A stretch of 64,000 bases of DNA from Desulfatiglandales bacterium (GCA_963662465.1 OY759599.1:5920001-5984000), one strand, 5' to 3'; positions 1 through 9,449 are shown, counted from the stretch's first letter. The notes: a model not told the origin generated them from the letters alone. Numbers and translations: made by a program.

Positions 1-90
1 TTCGCCGGCCCAGGTGGTTGTGGGTTTGAAAAGGCCGCAGAATATGCAGACCATGCAGAATATCGTGACGTTTCTAATGAATGACTTCAT
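1..90 (-). CDS. 5' end of a secreted protein (signal peptide), runs off the window
   Basis: ATG at 90 with GAGGA RBS (96-100); translates MKSFIRNVTIFCMVCIFCGLFKPTTTWAGE, a Sec-type signal peptide. Confidence 0.6.
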   Translation of the reverse strand, partial: MKSFIRNVTIFCMVCIFCGLFKPTTTWAGE

Positions 91-322
91 TTTGATCCTC
101 GCGGCTTATCGATGTAAGATCCTTTGACAGGATGAGCAAGATAAGAATTACGAATATTCGGGCTGAAAAACTTGAACTTAAATTCGGACAAATATAAGGG
201 ACGACGCGGGCATCCTCCTCCATGACCTGTATAAACGGGCCCACCTGCATGAGTAGGATGCAATCAACCGCCTGATGCTTCAGCTCACGGTAGTGGGATA
301 CCAGTTTTTGGGAAAATACCAT
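74..322 (-). pseudogene. Truncated MutS N-terminal-domain-like (MSL) protein
   Basis: First ~41 aa (YRELKHQAVDCILLMQVGPFIQVMEEDARVV) match the MutS domain I pattern; the rest is unrelated sequence; lies directly downstream of a DUF1566 gene. Confidence 0.6.
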
Positions 323-401
323 GTTTCACCTTAAAAAAAATCGCGTACAGTGTCATAAATTCCCCTGTACCCCCTGCAAAAAACCCAAGGAATCAAAGCT
401 T

Positions 402-2030
402 CTATTGTCCGGTGCGGACCGGCCACACGTAATGGCTGTAGAACTTATCGTTGTAGTTATTAACGCTGCCATTGTACAGATCTACATTCCACGCGGAGGT
501 CGTCTGCTCCGCGTTCGAAGTACTCGACCAGTAGAAGCCCGAATTGACGTCCGTGAAGGGATGATTGGAAGGAAGGGCAGGGTTAAATTGAGACATATCC
601 AACAAGCTTTCCAGTTCGAAACGGTTGGGTAGGCGCCAGTCGTTATATGTCCCCAGCATCAGGGTATTGCAATAGGTCAAAGCCTCTGTCCAGCTGGCTG
701 TTTTTACTCCTGTTCCACCAGCCTCCGGGCTGGCGTTTTTGGACCACATTAACCCTGTCAGATTATCCGTTACCGTCTCGTTTCCGTTATCTGTAAATCG
801 CGGGTTCGGCCAAGCGACACCCTTTTTCAGATCACCATCATCCCCTGTTTGATCCGACGTGATTTGCCCGGTCTTGGCAACTTCGGCACACCCCGTTCCC
901 GTTATTTCGCCACCGCCCACCCAGGCTTTTTTGCCTGTTCGGATATCCCCAACCGCTGCATTGCCGCTGCTGGTATTCACCACGTTGCTGTTGCCTAGAA
1001 AACCAAAAATGGTTTTTCCTGACATTATATTGGCAGAGGCCAGATCCGAGTCCACAGCGCTGAGGGTCGTTGCCGCATAATAACCTGCTGAGACCGTATC
1101 GTTAGCAGGCGACAGGGTATTGGTAGGTATCGTTCCGGTCAGACCCGCCGAACTCGAATTGCTGAAGGTCTTGGTCGCTAAAACATCACCGACAACGGCA
1201 GTCCCGGTTGCCGCAATGGCTGAACCCGCTTTTCCGAATATGGTCTTGCCTGAAACAATGTTTGCCCCGGTCAGATCCGAATCCACAGCGCTGAGGGTCG
1301 TTGCCGCATAATAACCTGCTGAGACCGTATCGTTAGCAGGCGACAGGGTATTGGTAGGTATCGTTCCGGTCAGACCCGCCGAACTCGAATTGCTGAAGGT
1401 CTTGGTCGCCAAAACATCACCGACAACGGCAGTCCCGGTTGCCGCAATGGCTGAACCCGCTTTTCCGAATATGGTCTTGCCTGAAACAATGTTTGCCCCG
1501 GTCAGATCCGAATCCACAGCGCTGAGGGTCGTTGCCGCATAATAACCTGCTGAGACCGTATCGTTAGCAGGCGACAGGGTATTGGTAGGTATCGTTCCGG
1601 TCAGACCCGCCGAACTCGAATTGCTGAAGGTCTTGGTTGCCAAAACATCACCGACAACGGCAGTCCCGGAAGATATCAGCCCACTGCCTGTCTCCACTCC
1701 CCAGTTCCCTGACGCCGGGTTAAAGAACTTTTTGCCTGTTGCGACATCGGATGCTTGTGCATCGCACTGGTCGAATTTAGCCTTAGTGTCGTCATAGATA
1801 TTTTTTGTTGTTTTCATGGTGGAGCCGGGTCCGCCCGAAGGCTCCTGGAATGACGTGATAATTGAGGGCACGGTTCCGGAATTTAAATAGTTGTAAAGCT
1901 GCAGAAGCGTATACATTCCGCTGCCTGCTGAAGGATTGCCCGGCGAATCAATATTGCCCGCAAAACCCAGGGCAGGGATGCATACTATCATTATTAAAAA
2001 AGCTACAAGGGCCAATTTTCTCATCTTCAT
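402..2030 (-). CDS. Secreted DUF1566/Lcl C-terminal (CLec-fold) protein with internal 77-aa repeats; candidate DGR target
   Basis: Signal peptide; motifs RFTDNGNETVTDNLTGLMW, DWRLPNRFELESLLD, YWSSTS and VWPVR. Confidence 0.85.
   Translation of the reverse strand: MKMRKLALVAFLIMIVCIPALGFAGNIDSPGNPSAGSGMYTLLQLYNYLNSGTVPSIITSFQEPSGGPGSTMKTTKNIYDDTKAKFDQCDAQASDVATGKKFFNPASGNWGVETGSGLISSGTAVVGDVLATKTFSNSSSAGLTGTIPTNTLSPANDTVSAGYYAATTLSAVDSDLTGANIVSGKTIFGKAGSAIAATGTAVVGDVLATKTFSNSSSAGLTGTIPTNTLSPANDTVSAGYYAATTLSAVDSDLTGANIVSGKTIFGKAGSAIAATGTAVVGDVLATKTFSNSSSAGLTGTIPTNTLSPANDTVSAGYYAATTLSAVDSDLASANIMSGKTIFGFLGNSNVVNTSSGNAAVGDIRTGKKAWVGGGEITGTGCAEVAKTGQITSDQTGDDGDLKKGVAWPNPRFTDNGNETVTDNLTGLMWSKNASPEAGGTGVKTASWTEALTYCNTLMLGTYNDWRLPNRFELESLLDMSQFNPALPSNHPFTDVNSGFYWSSTSNAEQTTSAWNVDLYNGSVNNYNDKFYSHYVWPVRTGQ
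1041..1668. repeat. About 2.7 near-identical 231-bp tandem repeats inside the DUF1566 gene
   Basis: CAGATCCGA.TCCACAGCGCTGAGG recurs at 1041, 1272 and 1503; shadow ORFs recur at 1120/1351/1582. Confidence 0.95.
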
Positions 2031-2202
2031 TTCCTCCTATAGCAAAGACGCATTTTTTAAGAGAACAATAAGAACACCTGATCCCAGTTTCGTTTCTCTG
2101 TACCCTGCTTTTTATTCGGGTTTTATCAAAGGCAGGAAAATTTTGAAAGATGAAACAGTCAATGGGGATGGTTACAGGGAATCCAAAAATAAACATCATC
2201 GA

Positions 2203-2232
2203 ATTGTCCTACATCAAACTCTATGCTGTCAA
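2203..2232 (-). promoter_or_regulatory. Possible sigma70 promoter of the DUF1566 gene
   Basis: Minus strand TTGACA-N18-GACAAT. Confidence 0.35.
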
Positions 2233-2287
2233 GCAGCTTTTTGGGGTCGAGAAATGCTTGCCGCCCAAAAGGAGGGGCCATTCTTTT

Positions 2288-2300
2288 GGGGGGGGGGGGG
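2288..2300. repeat. G13 homopolymer upstream of the DUF1566 gene
   Basis: 13 consecutive G. Confidence 0.9.
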
Positions 2301-2367
2301 TAGCCCCAATACACTTTTTCGCAAATAAACCTGACGTTTCGTTTTTCTAAAAGATGCTAGGATTTAT

Positions 2368-2537
2368 CTTTAAAGGTTCATCGCGGATTAACGTGAAATC
2401 GCGCTTTGAGATTGTTTCGGTTCGGGCTGTAGGTGCGACTTCAGTCGCACAGGGTCGGCTTAATGTGCGACTGAAGTCGCACCTACAATCGGCTCAGAAG
2501 CCAAATCTCACGCGAATCCACGATGAGCCTCTTTAAA
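2368..2537. repeat. GTAG-type REP doublet nested in a larger imperfect inverted repeat (REPIN/MITE-like)
   Basis: TGTAGGTGCGACTTCAGTCGCACA (2428-2451) and its exact reverse complement (2464-2487); outer arms TTTAAAGGTTCATCGCGGATTAACGTGA and TCACGCGAATCCACGATGAGCCTCTTTAAA. Confidence 0.8.
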
Positions 2538-2666
2538 TTCTTCAGCTTGGAGAGGGACTCCGGTACCGGATGATTCCCCGGCTTATTCTGGAAGCACCTG
2601 GGATAACGTCTTTGTGATTATCCAGGTGGTTTATGTGCTTGAATCGGACCATTAATGCCACCAAAA

Positions 2667-4040
2667 TTAAGGCGGAGATGGTGGCCCGGGAAGGGGAGGC
2701 ATAGTCGTTGACGTCGTAGGCGCAAAAGTCGTGCTGGTGGTCGTTGTAGTCGTCGTGGTGGTTGTGGGTGCTGTAGTTGTTGTGGTGCTGGTAGGCCTGG
2801 TGGTGCTGGTAGGCCTGGTGGTGCTGGTAGGCCTGGTGGTGCTGGTAGGCCTGGTGGTGCTGGTAGGCCTGGTGGTAGTTGTAGTGGTTGTAGTGGTGGA
2901 AGCTCTGGTAGTGGTAGTTGTAGTGGTTGTAGTGGTGGAAGCTCTGGTGGTAGTCGTAGTTGTAGTGGTTGTAGTGGTGGAAGCTTTGGTGGTAGTCGTA
3001 GTTGTAGTGGTGGAAGCTTTGGTGGTAGTTGTAGTTGTAGTGGTGGTGGTAGTTGTGGTTGTTGTAGTGGTAGTAGTTGTAGTGGTCGTAGTGGTCGTAG
3101 TGGTCGTGGTCGTGGAAGGCGTTGTGGCTGTTGAGGATGTTGATGTGGTGGTCGTGCTGGAAAGCGTTCCCATAACCTTCAGCGGTGCCTGAGTTGTGGT
3201 GGTTGTTTCCGGTATCGTCGTGCTCGACAGCGTTGTCGTTGAAGGAACTGTTGTGGTGGTTGTTTCCGGTATCGTTGTGCTCGACAGCGTTGTCGTTGAA
3301 GGAACCGTTGTGGTGGCTTCAGTTGTTGTGGTGGTTTCCTGGATGCTCTCGGTGGTTTGGGTTTCCCCAAGCGATTCCAGGAGTTCCTGCATCTGTTCCT
3401 CATTCAGAAGGACGGGTGTTGAAGGTGGCAGGTTATTTATCACATCAGTAGCCAAGCCATTGGTCAGATTCACATATTGAGATGGATCAAACTGATTGCC
3501 GACTTCAACCATGCCTTCAAAGCAAACAACCTTTGTAATGGCTTGGTCCACCACCCAGACCATATAGATGGTGCCGCGAACACCGATAACAGCAGTGGGG
3601 GTTTTTACCTGAAAGCCTCGCTCCTTGAACTTCATCAGGTCTTTTGCAAAGACCTTGAATTTACCCACCATTATCCTGAATTCAGCGTTTCGTTTCTTTT
3701 TCCCGACGTCAAATTCAAATTTGTCCAGATGAAGATTCGCTTTTTCACCCATGGCCATGAAGCTGCCGTCCTTGAACGTCAACCGCAGTCTCGAATTTGT
3801 CTCGGTTTTGAGCTGGTCATGGAGATAGAGTGCCATGCCCAGGGTTACCTTGATGGGTTTCGTTATCCCTTTTCTGGAAACAGTGGCCGATCCTTTCACC
3901 CGGGTGATTTCTCCGATCACATCTGCCCCATGGGCGCCCAACGGCGAAAGGATAAACAGCATCGCCACGATCAGAAGAAACCAACCCCTGTGTTTATCCC
4001 GTGTCGGGTTTGACCCCGGTATCAAATTGTTTTTCTCCAT
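2667..4040 (-). CDS. FecR-domain exported protein with a long Thr-rich low-complexity tail
   Basis: Signal peptide; FecR-like motifs (DQLKTETNSRLRLTFKDGS, VKTPTAVIGVRGT); ~230-aa Thr/Ser/Pro tail. Confidence 0.85.
   Translation of the reverse strand: MEKNNLIPGSNPTRDKHRGWFLLIVAMLFILSPLGAHGADVIGEITRVKGSATVSRKGITKPIKVTLGMALYLHDQLKTETNSRLRLTFKDGSFMAMGEKANLHLDKFEFDVGKKKRNAEFRIMVGKFKVFAKDLMKFKERGFQVKTPTAVIGVRGTIYMVWVVDQAITKVVCFEGMVEVGNQFDPSQYVNLTNGLATDVINNLPPSTPVLLNEEQMQELLESLGETQTTESIQETTTTTEATTTVPSTTTLSSTTIPETTTTTVPSTTTLSSTTIPETTTTTQAPLKVMGTLSSTTTTSTSSTATTPSTTTTTTTTTTTTTTTTTTTTTTTTTTTTTTTKASTTTTTTTTKASTTTTTTTTTTTRASTTTTTTTTTTRASTTTTTTTTTRPTSTTRPTSTTRPTSTTRPTSTTRPTSTTTTTAPTTTTTTTTTTSTTFAPTTSTTMPPLPGPPSPP
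2725..3345. repeat. Poly-Thr coding microsatellite, 18-bp (RPTSTT) and 60-bp tandem repeats
   Basis: GTGCTGGTAGGCCTGGTG repeated ~5 times; TTTVPSTTTLSSTTIPETT repeated twice; long (GTG/GTT/GTA)n runs. Confidence 0.9.
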
Positions 4041-4110
4041 GGTGACTCACCTGTGTGGTAAAGGTTTTTAATGCCTTATTTCCAAAGAACTTGAACTTGC
4101 AATTTGTAGC

Positions 4111-5889
4111 TCAGAAGGAATAGGTCAATTCCAGCATATAAACGTTTTTCTTGAAAGAATAGAGGTTGGCGCCATTCGCCAAATAATCGGAATCATTTTT
4201 AATGTGCAGGTATGAAAACGAAAGCAGAAGCCGCTCCAGAAAATTACGCTTGAGGGAAAATGTGGTGGTGTAGGTACTATCCCTGCGGCCGCCGCTGGTA
4301 GTGAAATCGGGATAATGCGTTCGCATGTAGGAAAAAGAGAGATCTCCCCATATGCCCCAATAGATGGAAGACGCAACCCCGGCCATTAATTCGTGGTAGC
4401 TGTAAGTGGAAGGATTATCGCCCGACTTCTCGTAAGCGGTTCGGTATCCAATTCTGGGAAGAATTTGGGTATCGGGAATTTTGTAGGATTGGGTAATATC
4501 CGCGCCATAGCGGGAAGAATCCCCGGTGACGCCATCCAGGTAATCCTTGAGCTGGTATATCAGGTTAATATCGGTCCTCAGATCATAGGGCTCGAGGATG
4601 CTGATGGTGGGCATAAAGCTGTGCATGCGGAGCCGGGCATAAGAATTGTTGGCAAAGGTTATGTAAACAGGAGGATTGATGCCCTGTTTTTTTCCGCCGG
4701 AATAAAAATAGCTGAAATCATACTGAAAACGAAAAAAAACAGGATCCCAGTTTGCCTGAACATACACATGGGGGCTGTGGGATGTCACATTGCTGTCTGT
4801 CCAGTCCCGGTAGCCGAGGGAAAAAAGGGTGTAGCCCACACCCGCTTCCAGGTCTTTCAGATTCAGGAATTTATATCCGCCCCTCAAGAAAAAGGTTTGG
4901 TATTGATCCCCTTGCCCTGTGCCGCCGGTGACAGGGCCCCCTGTAACTTCTTCCAGGGGATCACGGGCCACATTGTCGTCATAGCCCCAGTTGAAGGAGG
5001 TGATCAAATACCACGGCTTGCGGGCCCAGGCAGCGTCCTCAACCCGGGGAATGGTTTGCCGCGCGCTTTCAGCCAATGGGTTTTTTGGATCCAGTTTAAC
5101 CGCTTTTTTAAACATCAGGGCTGCCTGATCAAATTTTTCTTCCTCAAGGTAGGTGGCGCCGGTCATGTAAACGGATATCTGGTTCAACTGAGGTTCCAGT
5201 TTCCTTGCACGGCTGAAGCATTTTACGGCATCAACGTAATTCCCGGAATCCTTATAGGCATAGCCCAAATCGAGAAATACGCGACCGCTGCCGGGATCTA
5301 TTTTTTCAGCCGTGCGCAGGGTTTCAATGGCTTTGTCATATTTTTTTTGGCTGCTGTAAATGGCGGCGACATCAAAATAGGCCTTGAAAAAAAGCTTCGG
5401 TTCCTTCACTATCAGAGATTCAAATATTTCAAGGGCTTCATGGCTTTTTTTGATTCGCACATAAGCCACCGCAAGGTAGTATTGATATTCCAGGTTCCCG
5501 GGTTCCAGGGCGACCGCTTTTTTAAAGAGCCTGGCAGCTTCCTCGAAGTTTTCCATATCCAGCGCATCAACCCCATCCATGAAAAAATCCATGGCCCCGG
5601 ATTTGGTTTCAGATGTCGTGATCGTCGGGGGTTGGGACGTGACTGCAGGAGGGGGCTCTGCCTTGGCGATAGCATTAGAGATTATCAATGATTTTTTCAA
5701 CTCGATATGTCCGCCTTTGTCCGGCTGCAGAGACGTCTGGGTTCCGGTGTCAGCGCCAAAAACCTGAGGAATTATGCCAAAAAAGGCAAGAATCGCAACA
5801 GACAAAAAGATTCGAAAGCTGCGACGAGGTCGGACATGGGGTCTCCACGTGCAAGACAAACCCACATTCCAGAGCTTAGAAATTTTCAC
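4111..5889 (-). CDS. TPR-repeat protein with C-terminal outer-membrane beta-barrel (Slam/DUF560-like)
   Basis: Several TPR-like helices, then GYDDNV and amphipathic beta-strands ending in C-terminal Phe (ELTYSF). Confidence 0.7.
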   Translation of the reverse strand: MKISKLWNVGLSCTWRPHVRPRRSFRIFLSVAILAFFGIIPQVFGADTGTQTSLQPDKGGHIELKKSLIISNAIAKAEPPPAVTSQPPTITTSETKSGAMDFFMDGVDALDMENFEEAARLFKKAVALEPGNLEYQYYLAVAYVRIKKSHEALEIFESLIVKEPKLFFKAYFDVAAIYSSQKKYDKAIETLRTAEKIDPGSGRVFLDLGYAYKDSGNYVDAVKCFSRARKLEPQLNQISVYMTGATYLEEEKFDQAALMFKKAVKLDPKNPLAESARQTIPRVEDAAWARKPWYLITSFNWGYDDNVARDPLEEVTGGPVTGGTGQGDQYQTFFLRGGYKFLNLKDLEAGVGYTLFSLGYRDWTDSNVTSHSPHVYVQANWDPVFFRFQYDFSYFYSGGKKQGINPPVYITFANNSYARLRMHSFMPTISILEPYDLRTDINLIYQLKDYLDGVTGDSSRYGADITQSYKIPDTQILPRIGYRTAYEKSGDNPSTYSYHELMAGVASSIYWGIWGDLSFSYMRTHYPDFTTSGGRRDSTYTTTFSLKRNFLERLLLSFSYLHIKNDSDYLANGANLYSFKKNVYMLELTYSF

Positions 5890-6202
5890 ATTTTCACCTT
5901 AAAAATCATTACCATACAATTGGGCAATGAGGTTTTTTTATGTGTTTGAAGAACCGAAAAACGGAAAAAAATAAGCAATCATACTTAAAAAGCATATTAG
6001 ATGGTAATGGGGTAGTTCGTGTCAAGATTTTTTTAAAAAATCTTGAAAGCCATACGGCGCCATTTTCCGCCTGAATGGGTGTGCCTTGATTCAGAAAATG
6101 ATGAATCTTAGAACGATTTTATGGTATAGAACGCTGTGAGGATCTCCAAAGGATAAAGAAGCTGCCGATTTTTATAAAATTTCAATAACCATACCGGAGA
6201 TA

Positions 6203-7318
6203 TTGAATATGAAAGTGGATGGAAAAGAGATGCGGCCCATTTGGTTTGATACGACTTCAAAAACCGTCCGGGTCATTGACCAGCGCTTCCTTCCCCATGA
6301 ACTGATCATTGAAACGCTCGACACTGTGGATGACGTGATTTGCGCCATTAAAGAGATGTGGGTTCGGGGCGCCCCCCTCATCGGGGCCGCCGGCGCTCTG
6401 GGCGTTTATGTCAGTCTGGTCCGGGAAACCGGTAAGGACGCGGACAATGAATACCTCGAGGCTGAATGCAACCGACTCAAGGATGCGCGGCCCACGGCCA
6501 TGAACCTGTTCTGGGGCGTGGACCGGGTTCGGGATGCGGCTCTGAAAGAGAGCGCCCGCGGCGATCGCGTAAACGCCGCTCTGGCTGAGGCCCTGGCAGT
6601 GTTGGAAGAAGAAGCGGTCAATTGTCAAAAGATCGGCCGACACGGCCTCCCCATCATCGAAGAAATCAGCCGAAAGAAAAACGGAAAGTCGGTCAATATT
6701 CTGACCCACTGTAATGCCGGCTGGCTGGCCTGCATAGAATACGGCACTGCCACCGCCCCTATCTATACCGCCTTTGACCATCATATTGACGTCCATGTCT
6801 GGGTGGACGAAACAAGACCCTTGAACCAGGGCGCCCGCTTGACTGCCTGGGAACTGGGCAAACACGGGATCCCTCACACCGTGATTACGGACAATGCCGG
6901 CGGTCATCTCATGCAGCACGGTATGGTGGATCTGGTCATTGTGGGCACGGACCGAACCACGCGGGCCGGAGATGTGGCCAATAAGATCGGCACCTATTTG
7001 AAGGCCCTGGCCGCCAGGGACAACAACATTCCCTTTTATGTGGCTCTGCCCTCCTCCACCTTTGACTGGGGGATCACCGACGGCATCAAAGATATTCCCA
7101 TTGAGGAACGGGACCCCGATGAAGTCCGATATGTTCGGGGGCTTTGCCATGGTAAAACCGAAACCGTGCTGGTGCCGCCTGAAGACAGCCCTGCCGCCAA
7201 TTACGCCTTTGACGTGACCCCCTCACGCCTGGTGACGGGTTTTATTACGGAAAGGGGCTTCTGTAACGCCGCAGAAGCGGATATTATGGACCTGTTCCCG
7301 GAAAAAAAGACCGTCTAA
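6203..7318 (+). CDS. mtnA: S-methyl-5-thioribose-1-phosphate isomerase
   Basis: VRGAPLIG, RPTAMNL, LTHCNAG, DETRP, GDVANKIGTY and FDVTP motifs. Confidence 0.95.
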   Translation: MNMKVDGKEMRPIWFDTTSKTVRVIDQRFLPHELIIETLDTVDDVICAIKEMWVRGAPLIGAAGALGVYVSLVRETGKDADNEYLEAECNRLKDARPTAMNLFWGVDRVRDAALKESARGDRVNAALAEALAVLEEEAVNCQKIGRHGLPIIEEISRKKNGKSVNILTHCNAGWLACIEYGTATAPIYTAFDHHIDVHVWVDETRPLNQGARLTAWELGKHGIPHTVITDNAGGHLMQHGMVDLVIVGTDRTTRAGDVANKIGTYLKALAARDNNIPFYVALPSSTFDWGITDGIKDIPIEERDPDEVRYVRGLCHGKTETVLVPPEDSPAANYAFDVTPSRLVTGFITERGFCNAAEADIMDLFPEKKTV

Positions 7319-7336
7319 AGGCTTTGGGGTTGCGCC

Positions 7337-8860
7337 GTGAAAAACATCATCCGGAAAATTGAAAGGACCATTGCCCGACACAACATGCTCGACCATGGGG
7401 CCCGGGTTCTGGTGGCTGTATCGGGCGGACCGGATTCCGTGGTGTTGCTGGATGTGCTGGATGGGTTGAAAGCGGCATTCTCGCTGAACCTGGTGGTGGC
7501 CCATTTTGACCACGGTCTCAGGCCGAAGGATGATGAAAGCGAAACCCGGTTTGTGGCATCTCTGGCGGCGTCAAAAAACCTGCTGTTTGTTACGGAAAAG
7601 GCGATATCGCCCATGGGGAAGAGCGGCATGTCCCTTGAAGAAGAAGCCCGAAACCGGCGGTATGAATTCCTCGAACATGCCAAAAAGAAGTCCGTCGCCC
7701 AAAAAATCGCACTGGGGCATACCCTTGACGATCAGGCGGAAACCGTCATTATGAGGCTTTTGCGCGGCAGCGGGTCCGCCGGCCTTTCCGGGATTCCGCC
7801 GGTTCGGGATCATACCATCATCCGGCCCCTCATTGAAATCACCCGCGAGGAAATCCTGAGAGTCCTTGCCCTCCGAAAGCTCCGGTATATCACCGATCCC
7901 TCCAACTTTGAAAAACACCATTTGAGAAACAGAATTCGCCTGGATCTTATGCCCCAGCTGAAGCGCTATCAACCCGAAATCGTTCAGCTGCTGGGTCAAA
8001 CCGCCGGCATTATGCGGGAGGAAAGCCGGTGGCTGGAAAAGGAAGCGGATCGCTGGATTAAAGGGACGGCGCAGGTCCGCGAAACGGGAGTCCATCTGAT
8101 TTCCATCCAAGGGTTTGCGGAACTTGAACCGGCGCTTCAAAGCCGGGTCATTCGACAAATTATCAAGCGTGTCCAAGGAGACCTTCGCCGCATCAGCCTG
8201 CGGCACATCGAGGCGGTAAAAGGATTGGTGCGGGGACGACCCCAGGGGAGGCTAAACCTTCCCAACGGTATTTTCGTCAAAAAAACATATAAAACACTGA
8301 TTATTGGCAAAAAAGAAGAAAAAACGGCCAACGAAAACATTGAGGGATTTCACTATGTGCTGGATGGACCGGGCGCATTCCATCTGGATGCCATCGCCTG
8401 CACCATTGCCATCGAGGAAATCAAAGGGAAAGGGGTTTTTCCAGGGGGCAACCCGTCGCCATGGGTTGCCTACCTGAACCGAGACCATATCCAGTACCCA
8501 TTGATTGTTCGAAGTTTTCTGCCCGGCGACCGGTTTGTTCCCCTGGGCATGCGGGGCCACAAAAAGCTCAAGGATTTCTTCGTGGATAAGAAAGTGCCGA
8601 CCGACATCAGAAGACGTCTTCCCCTGTTGTGCCGGGGAGACGATCTTATCTGGGTATGCGGCCTGAGACTGGACGATCGTTTCAAGGTTCTTCCGGAAAC
8701 AGAGAGGGTCCTGCGGGTTTCCTTTATTTATGGCGAAATTACGGCAGCTTTTCCCCTATGGCCTCATGGACGTCATCCATCAAACGCTGAATGTCCCGCT
8801 TGCCATAGCCCGAAAGGGCAATGGGTTCTCCAATGTGAAGGCTGTAAGAACCCCTATTGA
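7337..8860 (+). CDS. tilS: tRNA(Ile)-lysidine synthetase
   Basis: PP-loop VAVSGGPDS, GHTLDDQAET, RNRIR, C-terminal KKLKDFFVDKKVP. Confidence 0.95.
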   Translation: MKNIIRKIERTIARHNMLDHGARVLVAVSGGPDSVVLLDVLDGLKAAFSLNLVVAHFDHGLRPKDDESETRFVASLAASKNLLFVTEKAISPMGKSGMSLEEEARNRRYEFLEHAKKKSVAQKIALGHTLDDQAETVIMRLLRGSGSAGLSGIPPVRDHTIIRPLIEITREEILRVLALRKLRYITDPSNFEKHHLRNRIRLDLMPQLKRYQPEIVQLLGQTAGIMREESRWLEKEADRWIKGTAQVRETGVHLISIQGFAELEPALQSRVIRQIIKRVQGDLRRISLRHIEAVKGLVRGRPQGRLNLPNGIFVKKTYKTLIIGKKEEKTANENIEGFHYVLDGPGAFHLDAIACTIAIEEIKGKGVFPGGNPSPWVAYLNRDHIQYPLIVRSFLPGDRFVPLGMRGHKKLKDFFVDKKVPTDIRRRLPLLCRGDDLIWVCGLRLDDRFKVLPETERVLRVSFIYGEITAAFPLWPHGRHPSNAECPACHSPKGQWVLQCEGCKNPY

Positions 8861-9449
8861 TGCGAAGACTCCCCTTTTTGGCAATCCGATGGCTGCCGTT
8901 GATGGCAACCGGCACGATATCGCAACCGGATTTGAAGGCCAGGTTAAACCCGCCCCGTTTGAAAGATTGCAGCCGACCGTCCGGACTTCGGGTGCCTTCC
9001 GGGAAAATCAGCACCGAGGCCCCCTCCCTGATCCGTTTCGCCGCCAGGGCGATACTTTTGACCGCTTTCCTGGGGTCTTTTCTTTCAACCCCGATATAAC
9101 CCGCGCCCCTCATGGCGGGTCCGAGGAGCGGAATATTCATGAGTTCCTGTTTTAAAATGAACTTGAAGTCTACCGGCAGAAAGGCCAGCAGGGTCCAGAT
9201 GTCAAAAAAGCTCTGATGGTTGCACATGTAGATACGCGGAATATTCGGGTTTACATTTTCCCTGCCCCGAACCGTTACCCGAATGCCGCAGACGCGCAAA
9301 ATGACTTTGGCCCAGGGCACGGCGCAACGAAAGTGAACCGCCCGACCCGACCCCCAAAAGATGGGGATCACCAATGCCCATAGACACATGATAACGGAAA
9401 AAAGACCAATAAAAGCGTTTAACGCAATATATCTCAACATGTTTAGCAT
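8739..9449 (-). CDS. plsC: 1-acyl-sn-glycerol-3-phosphate acyltransferase
   Basis: NHQSFFD and FPEGTRS motifs. Confidence 0.9.
   Translation of the reverse strand: MLNMLRYIALNAFIGLFSVIMCLWALVIPIFWGSGRAVHFRCAVPWAKVILRVCGIRVTVRGRENVNPNIPRIYMCNHQSFFDIWTLLAFLPVDFKFILKQELMNIPLLGPAMRGAGYIGVERKDPRKAVKSIALAAKRIREGASVLIFPEGTRSPDGRLQSFKRGGFNLAFKSGCDIVPVAINGSHRIAKKGSLRINRGSYSLHIGEPIALSGYGKRDIQRLMDDVHEAIGEKLP

Noticed and set aside
1..2030. Complete DGR in this window
   Set aside because: I saw no reverse transcriptase, avd gene or second copy of the VR; reported only as a candidate target.
1041..3345. Tandem repeats as a CRISPR array
   Set aside because: The repeats are in-frame coding units with no unique spacers, and no cas genes are present.
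2731..3480. Poly-Val ORFs on the + strand
   Set aside because: Antisense shadows of the poly-Thr tail of the FecR protein.
4393..5691. 432-aa ORF on the + strand
   Set aside because: Fully antisense to the TPR/barrel gene and has no recognisable motifs. The same applies to the long shadow ORFs over mtnA, ftsH, folP, mfd, pglXI and the helicase.
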